This document shows, one piece after another, positions 40,883 to 47,376 of a DNA stretch of 47,376 nt. Source of the DNA: Bosea sp. (in: a-proteobacteria). GTDB taxonomy: Bacteria > Pseudomonadota > Alphaproteobacteria > Rhizobiales > Beijerinckiaceae. The DNA lies in NCBI GenBank assembly GCA_031373605.1, contig JANMMX010000011.1:1-47376 (forward strand). Direction: 5' to 3'. How positions within the stretch are numbered: position 1 is the stretch's first letter; each line of letters begins with the position of its first letter. The translations under genes were made by a program, and so were the position numbers. The notes under the pieces were generated by a model, which saw only the letters and a list, made by a program, of their open reading frames with translations, ran no database searches and was not told the origin of the DNA.

Positions 40883-40992
40883 CGCTGCCCCGGCAAATGT
40901 TGTTGGCGCGAACGGGGCAAGCCCCGCGCGTGCCTAGCGCCGGGATTACCCGAAGACGCGCCATCGGTCCATATCTCCGCGGAATCGCTCAT
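40879..40992 (-). pseudogene. 37-aa mini-ORF, diverged duplicate of the rnhA 5' end
   Basis: MSDSAEIWTDGASSGNPG... versus Rnh[19 protein letters not shown]; ATGA overlaps at both ends. Confidence 0.75.
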
Positions 40993-41954
40993 CGCACGAG
41001 CCCGTATTGTGTGACGCTGGTGATCTTGCTGTGGAAGCTCAGGCGGCGGTCATAGGGAATCGGGTCGAGCGGTTTCACGAGTGCGCCTGGCGGAACATCC
41101 AGCCAGTCGAGCGTGCGGGTCAACAGGAAGCGCAAAGCCGCACCACGCGCCAGCTGCGGCAGTGCTGCCACCTCGCTGTCTTCCAGACGCCGCTGACTTT
41201 CATAGCCGCCCAGCAGCGCCTGCCCCTTGGTTAGGTTGAACGAGGCATCGGTCTCGAAACACCAGGCATTGAGGCAGATCGCCAGATCATAGGCAAAGGC
41301 ATCATTGGCGGCGAAATAGAAATCGATCAGCCCGGAGCAGCGCCCGCTGACGAAGAAGACGTTGTCCGGGAACAGGTCGGCATGGATAACGCCCGAGGGC
41401 AGGCCTTGCGGCCAGCTCGCCTCATGCAGCGCGAGCTCGGCCGCAATCCGGTCCGCCAGCCCCAGCGAGATGCTGTTGGCGCGCGCGCCTGAAGCTTCCG
41501 CCAGAGGGCGCCAGCCTGAAACCGATAACGGGTTGGCCCGTTGCATGGCAAAGCCCTGACCCGCCTTGTGCAAGGTCGCCAGTGCCATGCCAAGCTCGGT
41601 GCAATGCGGGGCCTGGGGGCGCTTCAGCGAGACGCCATCGAGAAAGGTCACCAGTGCGGCCGGTCGGCCGGACAACTCGCCCAGCGTCTCGCCCTTCCGG
41701 TCACGCACAGGCGAGGGGCAAGCGAGGCCGTGGGCGGCCAGATGGTCCATCAGGTTGATGAAGAAAGGCAGGTCCTCGCGCGGCGCACGCGCCTCGTAGA
41801 GCGTCAGGATGAAGCGATCGCGCGTTGTCTGCAGGAAGAAATTCGAGTTGGAGACGCCTTCGGCAATGCCCTTGAACGAGGTGATCTCGCCAATGTCATA
41901 GCGCGCCACGAAGGCGGCCAGGTCGTCGTCGGAAACCTCTGTGTAGACAGCCAC
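40989..41954 (-). CDS. thrB: Homoserine kinase type II
   Basis: MAVYT, GIAEGVSNSNF, IHADLFPDNVFF, LIDFYFA; ispH-thrB-rnhA order. Confidence 0.95.
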   Translation of the reverse strand: MAVYTEVSDDDLAAFVARYDIGEITSFKGIAEGVSNSNFFLQTTRDRFILTLYEARAPREDLPFFINLMDHLAAHGLACPSPVRDRKGETLGELSGRPAALVTFLDGVSLKRPQAPHCTELGMALATLHKAGQGFAMQRANPLSVSGWRPLAEASGARANSISLGLADRIAAELALHEASWPQGLPSGVIHADLFPDNVFFVSGRCSGLIDFYFAANDAFAYDLAICLNAWCFETDASFNLTKGQALLGGYESQRRLEDSEVAALPQLARGAALRFLLTRTLDWLDVPPGALVKPLDPIPYDRRLSFHSKITSVTQYGLVR

Positions 41955-41960
41955 CGGGCG

Positions 41961-42929
41961 CTACTCCGCCGCTGCTGCTTCATCGCGCAAGGCGCGGGGC
42001 AGCGGGAAGAAGACGCTCTCGTCGGCGGTCGAGACCGTTTCCACCGTCACCTCGAAATGCTGCGCGAAAGCATCGATGATCTCTTCCACCAGAACCTCTG
42101 GCGCCGATGCACCCGCTGTCAGGCCAAGCCGCGCGATGCCGGAGAACACCCCCCAGTCAATGTCGCTGGCCCGCAACACCAGCGCCGATTTGGCGCAGCC
42201 CGCGCGTTCGGCCACCTCGCGCAGGCGTTGCGAGTTCGACGAGTTGGGCGAGCCCACCACGATCATTGCATCAACCATCGGCGCGACGCGTTTCACCGCC
42301 TCCTGACGATTCGTCGTGGCGTAGCAGATGTCTTCCTTGTGAGGGCCTTGAATGGCGGGAAAACGCTGCTGCAGCGCCTCGACAATGCTGCGTGTGTCAT
42401 CAACCGACAGCGTGGTCTGGGTTGCGTAGGCCAGCGGCATGGCAGCAGGCAGAACCAGCGACTCGACGTCGCCCACGGTCTCGACCAGTGTCATCGCCGC
42501 ATCCGGCAGCTGGCCCATCGTGCCCACGACCTCGGGGTGTCCTGCATGGCCAACCAGAATGACGTGGCGGCCGCGCCGGTGGTGGAGCTCGGCCTCGCGG
42601 TGGACCTTGGTCACCAGCGGGCAGGTGGCATCGATGGCGAAAAGCTGACGGCCTTGCGCCTCGGCCGGAACCGATTTGGGCACGCCATGTGCCGAGAAAA
42701 TCACTGGCCGCGAGGCATCCGGCACTTCCGCCAGCTCCTTGACGAAGATGGCGCCCTTCTTCTTGAGCCCTTCGACCACGTATTTGTTGTGCACGATCTC
42801 GTGGCGCACGAAGACCGGCGCACCATGCTTCTCAAGTGCCTTCTCGACAGCATCGATGGCCCGCACGACGCCCGCGCAGAAGCCGCGCGGTGCGCAAAGC
42901 AGAACGGTGAGGGGCGGTTTCGTTGCCAT
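41961..42929 (-). CDS. ispH: 4-hydroxy-3-methylbut-2-enyl diphosphate reductase
   Basis: [37 protein letters not shown]; start ATG 42929, not the 901-aa ORF start. Confidence 0.97.
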   Translation of the reverse strand: MATKPPLTVLLCAPRGFCAGVVRAIDAVEKALEKHGAPVFVRHEIVHNKYVVEGLKKKGAIFVKELAEVPDASRPVIFSAHGVPKSVPAEAQGRQLFAIDATCPLVTKVHREAELHHRRGRHVILVGHAGHPEVVGTMGQLPDAAMTLVETVGDVESLVLPAAMPLAYATQTTLSVDDTRSIVEALQQRFPAIQGPHKEDICYATTNRQEAVKRVAPMVDAMIVVGSPNSSNSQRLREVAERAGCAKSALVLRASDIDWGVFSGIARLGLTAGASAPEVLVEEIIDAFAQHFEVTVETVSTADESVFFPLPRALRDEAAAAE

Positions 42930-42977
42930 GCTGTGTCGGGCGTCCGGGAAACAATGCAAAACGCGTTGATCCTTGCC

Positions 42978-43006
42978 CTTCTGTGCGGCAGGGCCGGGCC
43001 TGTCAA
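42978..43006 (-). promoter_or_regulatory. Putative sigma70 promoter of ispH
   Basis: TTGACA-N17-CAGAAG (weak -10). Confidence 0.35.
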
Positions 43007-43142
43007 GGAATGCGCGGCGGCAAGCACATGGTTGCCAACGTGCCTGCCGGAAGGGCTCGCAACTTGTCGCCGCAATCACTATTACAGGGCGCAATAGGAC
43101 GCAGGCCATCTTGTCTCGTCTCGCAACGTGACAGGGCGACCC

Positions 43143-45008
43143 ATGGCCGATGCTTCCCATGCCAGTTATCTGCCAACAATTCTGACGTTTTGCGCAGGCG
43201 CGGTCATCGCCGTTCCGCTGTTCCGGCGCTTCGGGCTCTCGGCCGTGCTGGGCTATCTCGCAGCGGGTCTGGTCATCGGTCCATCGATGCTGGGCGTCGT
43301 GCAGGATGCCGCGACCATTCGAGGCGTCGCCGAAATCGGTGTGGTGATGCTGCTGTTCGTCGTGGGGCTGGAATTGCAGCCCTCGCGGCTTGTTGCCATG
43401 CGCAAGGACATCTTTGGCGCCGGCACCACACAGATGGGCCTCACAGCTGTGATGGTTGGCCTGTCCGCCTGGATGCTGGGGCTCTCGCCTGCCGGCGCTT
43501 TGGCAGTGGGGCTTGCGATGGCGCTGTCGGCGACAGCCATTGCACTTCAGATACTGGAAGAGCGCGGCGATGGCAGCGAGCCCTATGGGCGGCGCACCTT
43601 CTCGATCCTGCTGTTTCAGGACATGGCGATTGCGCCTGTGCTGGCGCTGCTGCCGCTTCTGGCCAGCGCAGGCGCGGCGAGAGGCGGCTGGCTCGGAACC
43701 GCGACAGCCATTGGCGTTGCGGTTGGTGCGATCGCTGTGCTCGTGCTGGCCGGCCGCTATGCGCTGAACCCGCTGTTTCGCCTTTTGGCCAAGGCGGGTG
43801 CGCGCGAGGTCATGACCGCTGCAGCGCTTCTGGTGGTGCTGGGTTCCGCGGTGCTGATGGAGCATGCCGGGTTGTCCATGGCCATGGGAGCTTTCATCGC
43901 AGGCGTGCTGCTGGCGGAGTCGAATTTCCGCCATGAGCTGGAGGCCGATATCGAGCCTTTCCGTGGCGTGTTGCTGGGCCTGTTCTTCATGGCGGTCGGC
44001 ATGTCGCTGGATCTCACGCTGGTGGCACAGAACTGGCTGCTGCTGCTTGTTGCCGCGCCCGTACTGGTGGCCATCAAGATCGGCATCGCAGCTGCCATCC
44101 TGCGCGCCTCCTGCTCCTCGATGACGGAAGCGTTGCGGGCTGGTGCGCTGCTCTCTCCTGCGGGGGAGTTCGCGTTCGTGCTTCTGCCGCTGGCAGCCAG
44201 CCTTGGCCTGCTCAATCCGCAGCAGGCTGCGCTTGCAACAGCGCTGGCCGCGCTCACCATGCTGCTTGGGCCCATTGCCGCCAAGCTGATTGATGGCTGG
44301 CTGCTTGCGCGTGTCCAGCCCGGCGAGACGATGGAAGAGGATTTCGATGGGGCGGGCGGCTCTGTCGTTGTGATCGGTTTCGGCCGCTTCGGGCAGGTGG
44401 TGACCCAGACCCTGTTGACCCAGAAGTTCGACGTGACCGTGATCGACAAGGATGTCGAGCGCATTCGCTCGGCGGCGCGCTTCGGCTTCAAGATCTACTA
44501 TGGCGACGGAACGCGGCTGGATGTGCTGCGGGCAGCGGGTGCTGCCAAGGCGCGGGTGATCTGTGTCTGTGTCGATGACAAGGAAGCAGCCCTTCGCATT
44601 GCTGAAATCGTCAAATCCGAAATTCCCACAGCCCGATTGCATGTGCGGGTGTTTGACCGCGTGCATGCGATCGAGCTGATGAATCTCGAGGTCGATTACC
44701 TGATGCGTGAGACGTTCGAGTCCGCGCTTTCGTTTGGCCAGGCAACGCTTGAGGCGCTGGGTCTCACCTATGATGACGCGGTGCTGGTGACGGATGATGT
44801 GCGCCGCCGCGATGTGCAGCGGCTGGAGGCGCAGCGGCGCGACGGCATATTGGCGCGCCCCGACCTGATGGCTGGGACTCCTGGGTCAGCCGTCAAGCCG
44901 ATGGTGACGCCGGAGCCACTGACCCAGCCCAAGGCCAGGCCGAAGCCGCTGAGCCAGGAAACCCGCGAGGCGCTTGAAGACAGCGCAGCACCGGCCAGCC
45001 AGCCATGA
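43143..45008 (+). CDS. CPA2/Kef-type K+/H+ antiporter with KTN domain
   Basis: [52 protein letters not shown]. Confidence 0.93.
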   Translation: MADASHASYLPTILTFCAGAVIAVPLFRRFGLSAVLGYLAAGLVIGPSMLGVVQDAATIRGVAEIGVVMLLFVVGLELQPSRLVAMRKDIFGAGTTQMGLTAVMVGLSAWMLGLSPAGALAVGLAMALSATAIALQILEERGDGSEPYGRRTFSILLFQDMAIAPVLALLPLLASAGAARGGWLGTATAIGVAVGAIAVLVLAGRYALNPLFRLLAKAGAREVMTAAALLVVLGSAVLMEHAGLSMAMGAFIAGVLLAESNFRHELEADIEPFRGVLLGLFFMAVGMSLDLTLVAQNWLLLLVAAPVLVAIKIGIAAAILRASCSSMTEALRAGALLSPAGEFAFVLLPLAASLGLLNPQQAALATALAALTMLLGPIAAKLIDGWLLARVQPGETMEEDFDGAGGSVVVIGFGRFGQVVTQTLLTQKFDVTVIDKDVERIRSAARFGFKIYYGDGTRLDVLRAAGAAKARVICVCVDDKEAALRIAEIVKSEIPTARLHVRVFDRVHAIELMNLEVDYLMRETFESALSFGQATLEALGLTYDDAVLVTDDVRRRDVQRLEAQRRDGILARPDLMAGTPGSAVKPMVTPEPLTQPKARPKPLSQETREALEDSAAPASQP

Positions 45009-46459
45009 GTGCGCCAGCAGCAAGGCCTGTCCTGCCCGGCGGCCAGAGCCCCGTCTTCGTCACCGGCTCGACGCTGCGCCATGTTGCGGTCATGACCGGC
45101 ACGGCCTCGGTCGGTCTGATGGCGATCTTTGTCGTGGATTTCCTGTCGCTGCTCTACGTGTCGCGGCTGGGACGACCTGAAGCGACGGCGGGCGTCGGCT
45201 TTGCCACCATCATCCTGTTCTTTGCCGTCTCCATCAATATCGGCCTGATGATCGCGGCCAGCGCGCTCTGCGCGCGCTCGATCGGCGCGGGCGACCGGGA
45301 AGGCGCAAGGCGTGTCGCGGGCTCGACCCTTGCCATCTCGGCACTGGCAGGCCTCCTCATCTCACTCGTCGCGCTGCCTTTCCTGCCCTGGGTGCTGCGT
45401 CTGCTGGGGGCTGGTGGTGAAGCTTACAGTGTCGCGCTGTCCTTCCTCTGGATCGCGCTTCCGTCCAATTTTCTGATGGCAATTGGCATGGTCTATTCGG
45501 GTGTGCTGCGGGCGGTGGGCGATGCCAGGCGCGCGATGTATGTCACGCTGGCGGGTGGCATCATCACGGCGGGTCTTGATCCGCTGCTGATCTTCTGGCT
45601 GGGGCTTGGTCCCGATGGCGCGGCCTGGGCCACGGTGATCTCGCGCCTGTGCTTTGCGCTGGTCGGCTTTCACGGTGCCGTACGTGTCCACCATATGGTT
45701 GCCATGCCGACGCTCATCCGCATTCGCGAGGATATGAACAAGGTCTCTGCCATTGCCGGGCCTGCCATCATGACCAACCTCGCCACGCCAGTGGCCAACG
45801 CCTTCTTTGTGTCGGTCATTGCCCGCTTTGGCGACAAGGCGGTCGCTGCCACCGCGATCATCGACCGTGTGGTGCCTGTCGCATTTGGCATCCTGTTTGC
45901 GCTTTCAGGCGCCGTCGGGCCAATCCTTGGCCAGAACTGGGGTGCGGGCCGGTTCGACCGGATGCGGCGCGCGCTGACAGATTCTGCCATCTTTGCCGCC
46001 CTGTGCGTGTTCTCGGCCTGGGCTGTGCTTGTGCTGTTCCGCAACGAGATCGTGCAGGCGTTCAGTGCGACGGGCCTCACGGCAGAACTGGTGGTGTTTT
46101 TCTGCCTGATTTCCGGGCCGATGTGGCTGTTTGCCGGGCTGCTGTTCGTGGCCAATGCGGCTTTCAACAATCTCGGCTTTCCGCTCTGGTCGACGCTGTT
46201 CAGCTGGGGCCGGGCGACGCTGGGCACGGTTCCCATGGCGGCGGTCGGTGCCTGGATCGCGGGCCCGAAAGGAGCGCTGGTAGGGGCTGCACTCGGGTCC
46301 GTGATCTTCGGGGTTGCCGCACTGGTCTTTGCCTATCGCGCCATCGCGCGGCTGGAACGTGCGGCAGTTGCCGCCGCATCACCTGATGCGTATCGTACCG
46401 TCCAAGCTGCTGCTGGCACGGTCGTGCAGCCAGATTCAAACAAGACCAACGCGCCTTAG
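45005..46459 (+). CDS. MATE family efflux transporter
   Basis: About 12 TM, LRAVGDARRAM, LDPLLIF, GAAWAT, GQNWGA; ATGA coupling to the Kef gene. Confidence 0.92.
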   Translation: MSAPAARPVLPGGQSPVFVTGSTLRHVAVMTGTASVGLMAIFVVDFLSLLYVSRLGRPEATAGVGFATIILFFAVSINIGLMIAASALCARSIGAGDREGARRVAGSTLAISALAGLLISLVALPFLPWVLRLLGAGGEAYSVALSFLWIALPSNFLMAIGMVYSGVLRAVGDARRAMYVTLAGGIITAGLDPLLIFWLGLGPDGAAWATVISRLCFALVGFHGAVRVHHMVAMPTLIRIREDMNKVSAIAGPAIMTNLATPVANAFFVSVIARFGDKAVAATAIIDRVVPVAFGILFALSGAVGPILGQNWGAGRFDRMRRALTDSAIFAALCVFSAWAVLVLFRNEIVQAFSATGLTAELVVFFCLISGPMWLFAGLLFVANAAFNNLGFPLWSTLFSWGRATLGTVPMAAVGAWIAGPKGALVGAALGSVIFGVAALVFAYRAIARLERAAVAAASPDAYRTVQAAAGTVVQPDSNKTNAP

Positions 46460-46472
46460 GGGAACAACGTCC

Positions 46473-47276
46473 ATGATGAACCTGTTCGAGATGATGATGG
46501 CCGCCCAGGGTGGCAATGCCGTTGGCAACATGGGCAAGCAGTTCGGCCTGAATTCCGGCCAGACACAGAATGCGCTCGAGGCGCTGCTGCCGGCCCTGTC
46601 CATGGGCCTCCAGCGTCAGGCACAGACGCCGGATGCCTTGCAGGGCCTTGCCGGCATGATGATGGGTGGCGGGCATGCACAGATGTTCGACGCCGATGGC
46701 GATGGCATTCCCGACAATGCCGCGACACAGGGCAATGATGTGCTCGGCCAGCTGTTTGGCTCGAAGGATATCAGCCGCGCAGTGGCAGCGCAGGCTTCGG
46801 CAACCAGCGGCATCAGCGCGGCAATCCTGAAGCAGATGCTGCCTGTGATTGCCTCGATGGTCATCGGCGGCCTGTTCAAATCAGCCAACAACCAGGGCAT
46901 GGGCGATCTGCTCGGGCAGCTTGCGGGCGGCATGCTGGGGGGCGGCCAGCCGCAGCCACAGGCGCAGAACCCGATGGGCGATCTGCTCGGCGGCCTGTTT
47001 GGCGGAAAACAGATGGGCGGCCAGCAGGGTGGTCCGATGGGCGGTGGTGCCATGGGTGGCGCGGGCGGCAATATTCTTGGCAGCATTCTGGGCAACCTGA
47101 TGGGTGGCGCACAGGCGCAGGCGCCCCAGCCCCAGGCAGCACCCCAGTTTGATCCTGCTTCGCTGGGCCTCGATGCGCTGACCAACATGTTCGATACCGG
47201 CCGTCAGGTGCAAGGCCAGCATCAGGATGCGCTGCAGTCCATCTTTGATGCCATGCTCAAGGGCCAGAGCCGCTGA
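46473..47276 (+). CDS. DUF937-family protein with Gly/Gln/Met-rich low-complexity C-terminal region
   Basis: MNLFEMM..AQGG, QFGL...Q...A..ALLP, GNDVLGQLFGSKDISRAVA, LKQMLP. Confidence 0.85.
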   Translation: MMNLFEMMMAAQGGNAVGNMGKQFGLNSGQTQNALEALLPALSMGLQRQAQTPDALQGLAGMMMGGGHAQMFDADGDGIPDNAATQGNDVLGQLFGSKDISRAVAAQASATSGISAAILKQMLPVIASMVIGGLFKSANNQGMGDLLGQLAGGMLGGGQPQPQAQNPMGDLLGGLFGGKQMGGQQGGPMGGGAMGGAGGNILGSILGNLMGGAQAQAPQPQAAPQFDPASLGLDALTNMFDTGRQVQGQHQDALQSIFDAMLKGQSR

Positions 47277-47288
47277 TCCGAATGCAAC

Positions 47289-47341
47289 AAAAAAGGCGCA
47301 TGTTCCACATCAGGCCCTGAGACGAGAGCGGAACATGCGCC
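47289..47341 (-). terminator. Terminator-like hairpin with U6 tail on the minus strand (end of a convergent transcript or candidate sRNA)
   Basis: GGCGCATGTTCC-N23-GGAACATGCGCC-TTTTTT. Confidence 0.65.
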
Positions 47342-47376
47342 AGAGGCGTCCTGCCAAAGGGGATCAGGCAGGACGT

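Noticed and set aside
41961-44666. 901-aa ORF suggesting an IspH fusion
   Set aside because: The first 579 codons are mostly the antisense shadow of the Kef antiporter gene; IspH begins at ATG 42929.

Overview
High-GC alphaproteobacterial chromosomal segment (Hyphomicrobiales-like, inferred from gene order and protein style). It is mostly core metabolism: the comM/yifB 3' end, rsmD-rluB, tadA, purD, the F0-only atp operon, DUF721-dsbA-smc, an L,D-transpeptidase, the gcvT-H-PA-PB operon under a tandem glycine riboswitch, the aa3 cytochrome c oxidase cluster (coxB-coxA-ctaB-small ORF-ctaG-coxC-DUF983-SURF1), thrC-M16 peptidase-rimJ, a 7TM-PAS-GGDEF*-EAL sensor, yqgE/DsbD-domain/peroxiredoxin, ispH-thrB-rnhA, and a Kef antiporter-MATE-DUF937 block. 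I saw no transposase, integrase, prophage, CRISPR array, rRNA or tRNA. Five observations stand out. (1) The aa3 oxidase has lost two carboxylate ligands of the Mg2+/Mn2+ site (one in each of subunits I and II) plus one heme-propionate arginine. (2) An unlisted 37-codon mini-ORF between thrB and rnhA is a diverged copy of the rnhA 5' end, overlapping both neighbours via ATGA. (3) A secreted Spy/CpxP-like His-tailed protein gene sits inside the riboswitch-controlled gcv operon. (4) A vapBC module is coupled to a fluoroacetate-dehalogenase-like gene and a patatin. (5) A candidate sRNA 3' end lies at the right edge. All calls come from motif recognition by eye; no database searches were run, so novelty is unverified.
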